A stretch of 64,000 bases of DNA from the NCBI GenBank assembly GCA_013239625.1, contig MU054220.1, positions 3,783,374 through 3,847,373 on the forward strand, written 5' to 3'. Shown here piece by piece: positions 50,541 to 64,000 of the stretch. Both the position numbers and the translations under genes were made by a program. Origin of the DNA: Lama guanicoe (Eukaryota). A model generated the notes under the pieces. The model was given only the letters and a program-made list of their open reading frames with translations, searched no databases and had not been told where the DNA came from. The stretch's first letter is position 1. Each line of letters starts with the position of its first letter.

Positions 50541-52468
50541 CAATATTAAAAATAATAACAATACCTTTTAAGGACATGTTCTGCTAATTTTTGCTGCGTG
50601 AACAGAAAAGCAATGATTTGTTCATTCTTTAGATGAGGAAATTTAGACTTACTATTACCTCTCCATGATGTAAGGAGTGAGTGGGTTTTTCTGGCCTTGC
50701 TCTCACAGCCAACCATGTCGGGGAGAGGAGGCGTATCCGAGGGGAAAAACACCAGCTTAGCCTCCCATTAGGGACAACAAGTTTGTGGTCTGGGGTTGAA
50801 CTTTCTTGTGCAAATTTAAAACCACTTGAAAAAGAAAAAGAAGGAAAAGGTTTGGGATGGAAACTAGCCTAGAGAGCAGAAAAGGACCAGATTGTTGCCA
50901 TGAGTTACACGTGGACACAGGGCTGGCCTGAGGTCAGAAAGTTCTGGCAGAGGTTGGGCTGAGTAAGCAGGAAACAGAGGTGATGAGAACCTGTCAACCT
51001 GTCCCCTCACATACATGTCCCGGAGAGTGAGGGGGAAGCCAGGAGGGGAAGCCCGGGGCTGTTGCCCCTTCCTGCGCTTAAACTCAGGGCTTGGGCCCCA
51101 CCAGTCAGAACTGGGCAAAAAGGAAGGCTCGTACTTGGCTGACACGGACACGGGTGATGATATCCACCACTTTCTGGAACGCTGACTCCTTCCCAGGCAG
51201 TGGGCTACACACTTGATTTCCATCGTCCCATTTACTCTTGACCTCAAAGCCTGTAACTGTAATGACGGTCTTCATGTACCAGGAGAGTAAACTGAATTCG
51301 TTTGCCCAAGCTAAAAAAATAGCCCTGAAATTCATCTAATCCCAAAGCTATGCCCTCCCTCTTGGGTTAAACCGCTTTAGGATTTATAAGTAACACATGG
51401 AAAATGTGAGGCACGTAGCAAGAATGAGTCCCTTTTTCTACTGGTCAACGAAAAGATGGGAGCTTGAACCCAAACGGATGTAGGAATCACTGGACCCCCA
51501 GGCCATCTCGGCTCCAAGAACAGACATAAAAGGTCTGGTCTGAGGGAGGTGATGGTCCCACCCACCTTGGCTGGGCTCAGAACACAGTGGCCTCAGCTCT
51601 GAGGGCTGAACTGTTAAAGTGTCAAGTTAGGCCAGAGTCTGCTCAGAGGTGGGTCAAGAGAGCAAGAAGTCCAGACAGCACCTAGACCTGCACCCTCAGA
51701 GGGAGGTGGAGGTCACCACGACCTTGCAGCTGGCAGATGAGAAGGAGTTGGGGTATGGGTGCCAGAGAATGACCTGGAAGGAAAGGGGTGGTGCTTGCTC
51801 CCTACAAAGCAGATCTGGGGCAAGTAGACAGAGGGTAGAAGGAAACAGATTTCAACTCAGCACAAGGAGACACTTTGACCCGTCAGAGCCAGCCGAAGGC
51901 AGCCCAAGGCAACACAGGCTGCAGTGGAGGCCATGAACCCCAAGTCCCTGGAGACGGTTAGGCAGATACTGGTAATCACCTGGCAGGAACTTTGTGTTCG
52001 AGAATCTGCCAAGCATTCCGTTCCCTTTAAGCCCATTCCAGCCTCTGCAGAGCTGGCCCATTTGATTCTCACCCAACTCATTGCATGGGCAGGCAGAGAA
52101 TACTGATTCCCCTTAGAGAGGCAATGAGGGTGCTCAGAGAGGTTGAGCAACTTGCCAAAGGTCACACAGTAGAGTAGAGGTGGGCTGGGACCAAGATCTT
52201 CCTCCAGATCACACTGGGAGGTGGGTGGGAGGTTAAACAAGCTCATGTGGACCATTGACTTCTCACTTTTGGCTTCAAAGCCTTCCCAGAATCAAGGCGA
52301 ATCAGGACATCTCCCTCACTAACTTCTTTCAACTCTCTCATGGCCTCTTCACCCCCATGACTGAAGCATTAGTTCAGCGCCACATCCTCTCCACCCTGTA
52401 CTGGCCTGGATCATTCTGGCAGCCTCCCAACCAGCCTCCCTAACTGTGCCTCGTCTTCCTCTAAACAC

Positions 52469-52530
52469 CAGTAGTGCTCAACCTTGGTTGCACATTGGAA
52501 CCACCTGGGGAGCTTTACAGTATATTAATA
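52469..52530. mobile_element. MER5-like hAT terminal fragment
   Basis: cagtagtgctcaaccttggttgcacattggaaccacctggggagcttt. Confidence 0.65.
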
Positions 52531-52967
52531 TTCCTCCAAAAGTTACACACAGGAGCAGTGCCACCCTGGGAGCTGGGGCGAGTCACTGTGGGCGTGCAGG
52601 ACTCTCTGTGGACACTTGGGGACCACCATGGATGCCACGGGGTGATGCTGCGAGTCCTGGGAGGTGCTTCATGAATGCCTTAGGTGCCTCTGTGTGCTCC
52701 GTGGGAAACCTCTGCAGTGCTGTGGGGTGTCTGTGGACACACACGGGGTGCCTCTGTAGGTGTGGAGGGGTGCCTTTGTGGGCACCATGGGTGCTGTGGG
52801 GTGCTATGGTAAACACACTGTCCTTAGGGCGGGAGCCCAGTGTTTGGGTCCTAACCTTTTTAGAAGTGAACTCCAGAGTAATTGACCACTGTTCTGAACC
52901 TAAGTTGTCCTCACTGAAAAAGAACTTGTTAATCCCTGCCTCCTGGGGTGTGGGGAGGACCAGGGCT

Positions 52968-53019
52968 GATCTATAGGAGGGGAGCGGGAAAGATCTACAG
53001 GAGGGGAGCGGGAAAGATC
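52968..53019. repeat. 24-bp tandem duplication
   Basis: gatcta(t/c)aggaggggagcgggaaa x2 plus gatc. Confidence 0.9.
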
Positions 53020-56000
53020 ACCACGAGTGAAGTGTAAACCATGGGATAAAGGCTCAGGAGGAACTGTCCACACCTGAGATGGCCCCACGTCCCAGAGGTG
53101 TCAGAGCAGAGAGCTGACACAGCCCAGGCCCTACTCTCAGGCTGTTTTTAGACTACGCATGGAAAGAGGTATGTGTCTCCAGGGAAACCCCACTGTGCAG
53201 TCACAAACACCCAGCTTTTATTTCCTGAGAGCCCGGAGCGCTTCAAGGAGGTCACCTTGGGAGGCCACATTATTCCAGGGGGCGGCTGCCCTCGCCCTCG
53301 TTCAAAGCAAACAGGAGCATTCACGCTGCTGGTGATTCCTTGCTCTCACAACCACCCAGTGTTGGGGGTGGGGAGGGGTGCACGCTAGCTGCCCATTTGA
53401 TAGGTAAGAAAACTGAGCCTCTGGGTGAACAAATCACTAACCCAGAGTCAAACAGCTACTGGAAGGCAGAGCTGGGACTCAGCCTCCACCAGCCAGCTCC
53501 TAGACCCCACCAAAGGTTTCCCACAACAGCACAGGCCTGTCTGCCTGCGGCCTAGGGTCATCTTTACATTCTCCCTGTGACTCAGTAACATTTCTGCTTC
53601 CTGACTTAACAACAGGGGCAAGGCTAAATCACGCCGCTCCCACGGCAACCTTCCTGAAGATAAACCAAGAACAACAGCCCCCTTGCTGTTTTTTTCTGTA
53701 CTTAAAGAGATTCTTTCCTCTTGTCCAAAACCCACGGCTTCCCCTGATGGAGAAAGATTCTGAGGAAGTTAAGCTTTTTCGGACTCGCTTCAGCACCTTC
53801 TCCTGATTAAGAAAACCATGCAGGATCCAGGCACTGAGATAAGGTGATAGCTTCCTGCAGGGATCAGGGCAGCTGCTGCCAGGAGGTTTACAATGAAGAT
53901 TATGGCCCAGGTGGCCAGTGGAGCGGGGTGAGCTGCAGGAGGGAGGGAGAGAGCGCTCCTACCCCCTACCCAAGCCCCAGGCCTTGCAACCCCTCTGCCA
54001 CTGTCCACTCAGGAGGGCCTTGGCCTCACCCTGCTCTGTCTGCTGCTGGGACACAGCCACCCTGCCTTGCATTCCAGCCTAAAATAATTCCAGTCAGCCA
54101 GTGGGCACACTCCAAAGTTGAGAGGATGAGCTTGGAGACCAGGCAAATATCAGATCAGTGATCTGGAAAGTGGCCAAGTGCTTCCCAATCCTGGACACAA
54201 GAGGTGGCCGGGCGCAGCACTTTACAGCGTGTACACCCTGTCCAGCCTCACAGCAGCCCTAGGGGTAGGAAGGCAGGTGGAGGGGGTGTGTGGGGAAGAC
54301 AGGTGCGGGGAGCTTGCTTCAGCTCCCTTGTCTCATCTTCATCACCCCAAACCACCCCATGACCAGATGTGATATCCCCATTTTAGAGATCTAAAAACCA
54401 GGCCCCACAGAGAGTTTATGAAGAGCCCAAAACTTAAAAAACAAAACAAAACAAAAAAACTTTCAAGACAAGGAAACAAATGACTTTTATGTCTTTTCAG
54501 GGAACGGAATTTCAGAGAGGTGATTTGGCTCAAAGTTTTTTGTTTTGTTTTGTTTTTAACCTTAAGATTCAAGTCATAGAGCTGGTAAACAAAATACACA
54601 AGAATTGCAGGATAGTTCAGGCAGGGGCTTCAAATGCTAGCCATTTTACTCACTGCTATGTGACCCTGAGCAAGTCACTCATCCTCTCTAAGGCCTGGTT
54701 TTCTGTTCTCTAAGATGGAGGTGATAACAGAGCTCTTCGTACAGGAAATATGCTCAGCCCTACACCTGGACGGCAAAGCCCTTAATCAATGTTGGTTGAG
54801 CTGACTCTTCTGATTAGCTAGGACTCAAACCCACTTCCATCTGCACCTCATACCCTGTGGTCTTTCCACTGAGTCATCCTTTGCCCAAGACTGGCAATCA
54901 AATCTCGTCGGAGCTTTCAAAGTCTGTCCCTTCTCCACAGCCTTGACCAAGCCCCCACCTCCATCTGTGCCTCCCTGCTGCCCCCCAACACTTGTCACTT
55001 TCTCTAGTTCAGCCCTGGTCTTGGCACCTCAGCAACTGAGGACATACAGGCTAGAACAGAGATTCAAGTCACTGCTGCCCCATTTTACAGATAAGACAAT
55101 GAGGCCCAATGAGAGAAACAGCTTGCAAAGACTCCAGAGGCACAATCGTGGCACAGACTGGGCCAGAGGATGACGTCCTGGCTCCTCATTCAGGAACCCT
55201 CCACAGGCAACCCAGCCCATCACCAGTTTGGGATTGTGGGCACCCCAAGAAGCTTCCAGAGCCCCAGAAGCAGACTGAGGCTTTTCCGTTCCCAATTCCA
55301 TCAAGGAATGTGGTGACCGATCCTAGTCTTTGTGGATTTAAACTTTATCTAAAAATAGAGTCCTGGAATCAGGGGGGGTGGGCTGGGATGGGGAGGGGGT
55401 TGAAATCACCTAGGAAGTTATTTCCTTCCCACAATTCCAAGACCATGGCGGGTGTGGGGGAGGGGGAGGCAAAGGAGGGGTCCTTGACAGAGGGGGGACA
55501 CTCTGTGAGCCCCCAGGAACCCTGCTTTCCCGCAGAGGGCTCACCCTCTTCAACCCTTTAATCTTCACTTCCTGGATCGATTCCAAAGACCAACCATGCC
55601 CTGTGTTCCTCTCAGTGGGCGGTGCCCAGCCTCAGAGAGACCCCACTTTGGCATCAGCCTCTCTTCAGCCCTCAACTTTGCTCCCCATCACTGAACAAAC
55701 ATCTGGGGCTGGGGACAAGAGTAAAGCCACCCTTTGCCTGCCCTGCATCTCCCAGCACGAGCCAAGAGCTTTATCACTCAGAAACGGAGGGTCTGGAGGG
55801 CAGGGAGAGGGGAGATTAGATCCTTTTGTTTGAATAAGTTAAGATCCATGCCCCCCATGTTGCCAATCTTACCTTTCTCAGCTGGTGTCTTTTCCTTGCA
55901 GGGGTGTCAAGATTCTCTTGAGGTCTCTTTCAGATGGTGGCTTCAGGATAAACTCTAAAAGGAGAAGAAAGAGAAATACATTTTAAAAAGGCAAGGGATG

Positions 56001-57289
56001 GGGGGCATGTGGCTTTTGGGGACCATCGGTCCAGAAGTGTACCCTCTCCCTCCTTCCATCTCTGTAGGCACAGAAGGTTCCCACGGCCAGAAAGACAAAA
56101 GCAAACACCCAGCCCCACAGAGGATCTCAGGACAGCATCCCCAGAGCCCAGGGACCAGGACATATTTTCAGGTTTCCAGAATCAGCCCGGGAGCCTGTAC
56201 AATGTCCCTGGGTTGACGTGGAGCGTGCTAATCATAGCAGCACATTGCGTTTCTTTGCTTCTAGCTAGAACTTTATCAACTTGGTGTGGGAACTCCATTT
56301 TCCTCAGGCGGTAAAAAGGCTTTCTGAGTAATTTTGAAAATGCAAAAAAGAATTAATCATGGCTTAATGAATGAAGACTTTGGGGCAGACCAATACTTTC
56401 AGGGTCGGTATCCATAAAGAGGTAAGTAATAAGCGGAGAAATCTTTGGTGGTGAAAATGCCAACTCAGCCCCAGAGTTCAGGGGCCAGAAGTCCAGCCTC
56501 TTCCTTCTGCCCTCCACCTCCTCTCTGTCAGTTTGACAAAGAGTCCCCAGGTCACGGGAGAAGGAACAAATTCACCAAGTCCAGACCACATACCTGCCAG
56601 CCAAGGCTTAAGTCAGTCCCAGGGGACCAGCTGGTTCACATGCACAGCTGAGCAGCAAAAGAGCAAAATTTACTGCAGAGCAGGGAGGGCCAGGTTCCCC
56701 CTTCTCTCCCTTTCTCGTCTCCCCCTCCCTCCCACCCACACAGTAGAAGCCCCGATCAAGTTTCATGTTGTGTCAAATAATAATGACAATAACCCAGATG
56801 CCCTCTACAACCCCATGAGGAAGTATCGCCACTTGAGGAATGAGGACCAGGATGCATTCAGAGGAGTTAAAACTTGCCCAAGGTCACACCGTGGAAATGC
56901 GGCAGAGTCGGGACTAGAACTCAGGTCTGTGGGAAGTCAAATCTGCACGTGCCACCTCCACAGTGGGCGAGGTGCAGGAGAGCAATGAGTTCAGGGTCTA
57001 CCCTGCAGAGCCCAGCACTGGTGCACCCGAGGCGTAAGAGATATTCTCAGAACTCCCTGCTGACTGATGGGGAGCAGGGCCTGGCCAGAGGACATGACCT
57101 TGTTTTATTTGGCCATCTCTGCCTCAGACGTCCACCTAGGCAGTGTCAGCCAGGGAGCCTGATGTGTCATGGGCCGGATTAAGGCTACAGTCAGAGGAAT
57201 TCATGACACTTACGCACATTTACATACGTATCCAGCCATATCCATGTACATACACATACATGTGGACATCGATGTATATGTATGTGTAC

Positions 57290-57780
57290 CTAGTTTTCAT
57301 TTTTAACTACAAAAGTGAAAGTTCTTCCATACCCACTCATCCTATTTAACACATAGAACCACTGCAAAATCTTTGTCATATGACCTTCTAGATTTTATTC
57401 TATGTATCACATATGTGCTTGCCCATGGGCACTCACATGCAGACAGTGTGAATTTTTGCTCAAATGAGATTTTACCACAACCCCAGTTATCAGTGATACC
57501 ATGTCTACACCCAAGAGTGAGCACACACGCATCTTCCTGAGTCTTTTTCACAGCTGCACGGTTCCCATAGTAGGTGTGGACCACAATTCATTCACCTCTC
57601 CCACCATGGATACGAGGGTTATTTCCAATTCTGGCCGTTACAACGTTGCGGCAGTGAGCCCCTTTGTCCCCACATCTCTGTGTGGAAATGTTTATGCAAT
57701 TCCAAAGCCCAGATGCCTAGAAGTGGGATGTCTGGGCAGAGGCTCTGCACACTTCACATTTGACAAACTATCTCCCCGAG
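57290..57780 (-). mobile_element. Old L1 (L1ME-like) fragment
   Basis: tttcacagctgca...ggttatttccaatt...cctagaagtggga..tctgggcaga. Confidence 0.6.
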
Positions 57781-58866
57781 ATACTGGATCAGTTCCCCTC
57801 AAACAGCAGAACACAATGAACCCCTTTTGTTGGAGGCAAACTTGAACCCAGGGTTCTGCCTACAGAGTTATTTTTCTGTTCACCTTCCGGTGTCCTGGGA
57901 GACCGAGTCCCCTAGGCAAGGGAGGAGTTTATTTCTCACACGGATGTCCACCACTCCGCTTCCCCAGGGCATCTCTGAGTCCCTGGCCCACCTGAGCTAG
58001 GAACTACATTTATAGGCTCAGAACTGATAATGAGCTTTGATGAGCTCTGGGGACCGTGAGGAACATGTATTAATGTCAAGTGTGCCCGTCAGCCACGCAG
58101 CCGGGGTGAATGTCACACATTAACAAAATTAAAGGCTGCAGCCTTGCAGGGAAGTTGCTGCAGGCTGCGTGTCAGGCAGCGCGGGCAAGGCCCTTCAATA
58201 ACGAAATTACTTTTCAGGTTCTGCACTCCTGAGCCTGAAGCTGTCTCCCGCCTTCGAAGGAATTCTGCCTTCCTGCAGCCTAAGAGGAGATTAATTTATT
58301 ACCAGTCTGCCAAGAGAGGCAAAATCCAGCACTAATCCTAATTCCTATTTAAGCAAATCTGCATTGTGTGAGGGAAACCAGCTGGGCTCGGAATTTCTTC
58401 CCCCTTTCCCCTAAAATCTCATTCCAGCCCCTCCTCTCCGTGGTCGGCGGAGGTCACTGCTGATGTTAGGCCTGGAGCCCTCCTGGGAGGGGTGGTAGAA
58501 TCCCAGGGTTTAGGGTCAAGGGCAGGACCAGGGCTGGGTGACCAGAGGCAGCGTTGAAAGATGATGGGCTGGGTGATGGTGGTCGCCGTGGACCTGGTTG
58601 TCTCATGCCGTGCGAAGGAGGGGCCACCACCCCCTGGGCCTCAGACTCACTCTCGCTTTGTCCAAAGATCCTCCCAGATTTGAAGAGTCATAGGTTGGAA
58701 TCCCAAGTCCACCTCTAACTAGCTCTGTGACATTGAGTGAGTGACCTTCCCACTCTATATCTCAGCTCCTCATCTGGGAAACAGACAAAACCACAGCTGA
58801 TGACCCATAAGGTGCCGTGAAGATGAGGAAGGTGTACACAGCACTTGGCCAAGCACCAGCTCACAA

Positions 58867-59058
58867 TACCCTATTTCTTGAACATAAGACTCCATGGATT
58901 ATAATTGCACCATTATTTTATGGACTTCTAAGAAAGAGAAAACACTGCCTGGTGAGCTAGTTAATTACAACATGTCACTTTTTGTATGATGCATCATGGT
59001 TTCAGAGACTTTAAAACATAAAAAAAACAAAGTGTGCCTTAGAATCATGAAATACATA
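58867..59058. mobile_element. Ancient Tc1/mariner (Tigger-like) MITE
   Basis: Inverted ends tatttcttgaacataag ... cttagaatcatgaaata; internal tttcagagactttaaa. Confidence 0.55.
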
Positions 59059-59811
59059 GTGAGAGCTTAACCAATGGCAGTGAATGGGATGACTACTGGC
59101 CAAGTCCTCCCATTCTGCAAGGTCTAGTCCAAAATTGAGATCCTCCTCCTCTTTCTCTTCTGAGCAAAGCAATTCTGCGTTGGTTGGGAGAAACCAGCTC
59201 TCAATTTATAAGAAAAATTCAGACAGCCACTTCAGTGTCCTGGATGAGACCCAGATAAGAGACTTAAATATCTACCCTGATGTTTCCTACTCTATTTTAA
59301 AACTGGAGTAGAATATACATACACAATGGTACACACACCATGAGTACACACAGCCTTTCGAATTTTCACAAACAGAGTACCCCTGTGTAACTGACACCCA
59401 GACCAAAGCCTCTGCTCTGGTCTCATCATCCCTAACTCTCCATCCGCACTGCCTCTGCCAGTCACTGCCTGGGCTCAGCCTGATCACTGCCTACCTGTTT
59501 GCCGCAAACAGGCTCCTGGCTGTTCTGCCAGCCTGCAGCCTCTGTTTCTTCCAACCTGCTCTCTCCCTAGCTGTCAGACTGAACTCAAAAATACCTTTCT
59601 CTCCTGCTTCAGGGGGTTCCCTGGCCTTCCTCTGTCCATACACCAGGGCTTTAATCATCTGATCCCCTGTTGCCTTTCCAGGCCCATCTTCAGGTCCTCA
59701 ATACACACAGACCCCACAGTCAAACTGAACACACCCTGCCAACACTTTCAGCCCTAACTCGCTGCTGTTCACTCTGCCTCGAAGTCCTTTCTTCCTTTCC
59801 TAATCCTGGGG

Positions 59812-59930
59812 TGGATGGATGGATGGATGAATAGATGGATGGATGGATAGATGTACACATGGATGGATGGATGGATGGGTGGGTGGATGAATGAATAGAT
59901 GGATGGATGGATGACTGCAGAGATGGATAA
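59812..59930. repeat. (GGAT)n/(GAAT)n degenerate tetranucleotide repeat following an L2 fragment
   Basis: Read directly. Confidence 0.9.
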
Positions 59931-60629
59931 ATGCAGAAATGAACAGGAGGACAAGTGGAAGTTGATGTATCTATAAAAGAATGGGTTAACTGAACGGTGG
60001 AAAGGCAGAACTAGGATGATGGCGATACAAGAGGGAATGAATGATTCTCAACTACTTGAATAATTTTCTCTGGACCCTGAGAGGCTGAGCCTCTTGCACA
60101 TTTGAATGGACCTTGCTTTAGTCCTTTATGGATCTGAGCAGAGACCCCTCAGTCATACACTGTTGGCCCTCAGCTCCACCCCTTCTCATCCACGCTCTAG
60201 CTGCGGATCTATAAGATGAGGCCTCAGGAAGGTGGGACCAGAGTTACCTCTTGCCTAAGGCAAGATCCAGGTGGTGAAGAACAAGGAGACCAAAGTTTCC
60301 TGGTGTCTGGGTCAAGTCCCAGTCTGAGGGGTAGTGGGTTTGCAAACTGTGTGCAACAGGTCAACTTGTGACAGGCCTGGGACAGGCCAGCTGCCTGGTT
60401 TTGGGCAGATGGATGGCTGCTGATGGAAGTTCCATACTCCTCTGCAAAGAAGCCCTTTGGGGGAACCCTAAAATGGTTGAAAGGTCAGGTGAGGTAGACA
60501 GCATATCACGATATGGATGGTCACTTGTGAGTGGGCTTGTGTGGGGACAAATCCCCCGCTAGAGCTGCACTGGACCCTCCCTGCAATGCGGGGCAGGATA
60601 GGTGGCAGATGGGGAACAGCAGTGAGTAC

Positions 60630-60850
60630 TGTGGTCCAGAGACCAGGCTTTCCTACCTCACAGGCTTGGGTTAGAATCTCGGCTATGCCACTTGCCACAC
60701 GTGGGGCCTTGGGAAAGTTTCTTATCCCACTAAACCTCGGATTATTCACCTGCAAAGTCTGGACAGGGTCCTACCTCACTGGCCTGAGCTGCAGATCAGA
60801 TGTGCTAGTGGATTGTAAGTGAGCCCCACGGTGCCCAACACAGAATATGC
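60630..60850 (+). mobile_element. MIR SINE
   Basis: tgggttagaatctcggctatgccacttg...ccttgggaaagttt...cacctgcaaa...cctacctca. Confidence 0.75.
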
Positions 60851-63800
60851 CCTCGGAAGCCACGGGAATTATATAAAGTAGAACCCGCTGCTACTTTCTG
60901 TAAAAAGTAGCCATGATCAGTGGTTCCAAGTCATACTCCTCAGACCAATCCCTCTCTCCCTCAAGGGTCTACACTAAGAACAGATGGAGTCTACACCCCA
61001 TATACATCCTATCACTTAATTGACAACAGCTGGACTTCCTGATAGTTTATATATTGTTTCCAGATAATGTTGAAGGTGACTGATTTAGAGCCTCTTGATA
61101 TCCCAGAATCCCATGTCAGTAGGATTTCAGAGGAAGAGGAGAGCTGGGAAGTCTTCCTGGAAGAGGCAGTAAGGGAAGGTGGGAGGAAGGTGATCAGCTC
61201 ATTGATGAGCCTTTTCCTGGCTAGCTCCCGCTAGAAATCTCTCTCCACTTCAGCCACCCGAGGTGGAACAGCCATCCTTCTTAGCCCTGTGAGAACAGGA
61301 CTCTTGGTCTTGTGCCAAATAAGGGGCAGTGTCCTTAGTGAGGCCTGCAGGCTGGCTCAGCCTCAGGTCCACTGTCCCCACGCTGATGCCAGGCCACAGG
61401 ACCTAGGCTGAGCCACAGCCAGCCAGAGGCATCGCTTATTAACAGATAAAAGCTCTGCAGTTTATGGTTCCAAAGCAAAGCTGGGTCTTTGTTTCGCTTG
61501 TTTTAAATTAGCATCACAGGGGGTTGGTGTAGGGGGTGGGGGAGAGGGAGAGGAGCCAAGGCTTGTTCAGGATGAGTTCCTGCTGTGTCCAGCGTCTCAA
61601 CGGTCCCCTGGGGCAGCCTTTAATGAAGCTGCCTGAGCGCATCGCATTGTATTGCATTGCACGGGGTCTCTGCCTTGTTTCTCCACCTGCACTCGTCTCC
61701 CTAGAAGAGGGAGACCGCTTTCCCCGCCCTGTCACTCAACCCAATCACCTTCTGTTCCCATAATGAGTCCCTGAATGAGCCTGCTAATCGTGCCCCACGG
61801 TCACAGTGGGGCTGAAGTGGGAGCCATGACATCCCCCAGAAAGACTGGGATTTAGGATTTATTTTTGCTCAGGAAGTGGAGGGCTGCTCCACAGTGCAGT
61901 GGGTGCTGGCACTGCTAGCAAGGGCCGGGAGGATCTGCCTGGTGGGCAAAGGACTCCCAACCTGAGCCCATTAGCTCGTGGTGGCTCGGGGAGGGTGGAA
62001 GGTCCAGGGAGGAGGAGATGTACCAATCCCATAAGTTAGTATGTGAAGCTGTTTATTTTCAATGCTACTGTTATTAGTAATTACCTCCCCTTCTCTGCAT
62101 CTGCACATGCAAGCCAGGGTCTCTCGTGCCTTCCCTCATGTTACCTGCACGCACACAGCAGACACCACCAAGATGCTCAGCAGAACAGGAAGGAGACTGT
62201 GGCCTCCGGGAGCCCGAGACCTCTGTCACCAGCAGGCATCGCCCTGCATCTGCTCCCCCTCTTTTCTGTCTGGAAGCACTTCCTTGGCGCCTGAGGGGGA
62301 AGGACAAGGGCTACCCATCCCCTGGGGCTGCCTTTACTTCTGACAATCACTTCTCTTCATCCCCCGTTGCAAGGGGAACATCATCACTCTTCCCATTTTA
62401 CAGATGAGGAAAGCGGACCTGAGCCACAGCATTTTTATGTAACTAAACATTGGTGCATTGTTCAAGGAGAAAGGGAAACAGAATCAGCAATAATGTCTGC
62501 TCAGTAAGGCTCACTCATTCTCATGAGGCTCCAGCAGACTGCCTAGCAAGTTCCCGGCATTTGGTCCCAGAGGGACCTGGAAGCCCTAATGGTTTAAGAG
62601 ACTTAGCTCTGAAGATGGAGCCTGGCCTGCTTGGCCCTGGCTCCACTGTGTCATCTTTATGAACAAATAAATGAAAGATGTGAACCCCATAACTTTTGTA
62701 CCAAGTGGCCAGTGTCCTCCTCCTCACTAGCAAAGGAGGAAGTGATGCTCAGAGAGGTCAAGCAGCTTGTCTGCAATCACAGAGCTGAACCAGGCAGAGA
62801 GAGGACCAGAACCCATGATTTTGTCTGCAGACAAAGTCCCGGAGCCACTTCATCCAAGTCCAGCCTGAGTTAGGTAACCCCAAATTGTCCATCCTCCCAA
62901 GGATGCAGTTGAGAAGTTCTCAGGTCATTAGGTGTTTGAACAAAGATTCCTGGGGTTTCAAAGTTTTTAAGAACAATCCAGCACTTTTAGCACAGGGTTT
63001 AAGAAGAGCATGATGGTCTCAGTGCTGAAGTTGACTTCACTATGAATTGCCTCCTAACACACTCCAGACCTTGAACTCAACGGGGATCCGCTGTGCGGTC
63101 TTATATCTGCGCAACACCTGTCTGATGATAGTCTGCCTCTGAGAGGAGTATTAAAAAGCCACGCAACAGAGATGTTTTCCAAAATGGCTGCCCTGCCACC
63201 AGCAAGGAAGCTGAAAGCTAAGAACTCATAACTGAGGGGCTAACCCCACAGCTAAACACAGCTCTCCTCTGCAACGTGGGGCTATTAATTCAGACAGAAT
63301 AACCCACAGGACTGTGGTGGAATCTGGGAAAAGGGCACCCCAACTCCTTGTAATTCTTCCCTGCTTAAGTCCATGTAAATATATTCCAATGCAGAACAGG
63401 GTCTGCGGGAGGTAAGATCCATTAGCATTTTGATGAGTTTTCCCAACACGTGGAACAAGAGAGCTTTAACATTCATAGTACAGAGATTAATCCTTCCAGT
63501 CACTTTCTCCCTCCCCAGCTTGAAGCGGCCAAGAACTTTTTACCCCTTCAAGACCTTGATTAGGAAAGAGAGTTAGAACTCAGAGAGCTCAGGCTTAAGA
63601 GTCCTACAGAGAAGAGAGAGCTGGGTTTTCTAGACTGAGTGCGGAGAGCCCCGCAAACACAATTAAACAGCAGAATCAGGGATGGGGGTAGTGAAAAGGC
63701 TGTGACACTGCATGGGGCTTGGGAGCTTCTTTGTCTCAACAGAAGGACATGGCCAGTCCTGGAGAGAAGCCCTGCTTGTTCCTAACAGTGTGGTGCATCT

Positions 63801-64000
63801 TTTGTAACTGACAAAGGCCAGCCAACATCCCTGTTGGCTCACTGGAAAAGCATCTCGGAAGAGTCACTATATGCCCCATTTTAGGTGCTTGGGAGACAAG
63901 GATCCGGAAGACAGTTCAGCTCAACAAATCCCTGATCTCAAGAAACTCAGTCTAGATGGTGTGTGGGGAGTGAGGGGAGGGGCAGGGAATTGACGAAGAC

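Noticed and set aside
1..64000. Naming the host gene or syntenic human locus
   Set aside because: No exon or element recognised with enough certainty; requires alignment to a reference genome

Overview
Mammalian, most likely camelid (alpaca/llama/camel), non-coding genomic DNA. The taxon call rests on five tRNA-Ala-derived SINEs that match the camelid Vic-1 type; no Alu, B1 or Bov-A elements were seen. I recognise no protein-coding exon, functional RNA gene or CpG island. The six-frame ORFs are chance ORFs running through repeats. The window is dense in ancient eutherian repeats (MIR, L2, MaLR/ERVL LTRs, hAT and Tigger-like MITEs, L1M 3' ends), with repeat-free, homeobox-motif-rich blocks between them. 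This pattern fits a large intron or regulatory gene desert, but I cannot name the host locus. The most distinctive object is a 589-bp solo ERV1-type LTR (20523-21111) with a perfect 4-bp TSD, a 23-bp-period inverted-CCAAT array, an octamer and a TATA box. Other notable items are a 5'-inverted old L1, a palindromic MER53 copy carrying the miR-1302 seed, an inverted pair of compound microsatellites, near-consensus RFX X-boxes and a + strand bias of LTRs and SINEs. I find no convincing new multi-gene system. Repeat subfamily names come from remembered consensus sequences, and old-repeat boundaries are approximate (about +/-30 bp). Only representative MIR/L2 copies are listed.
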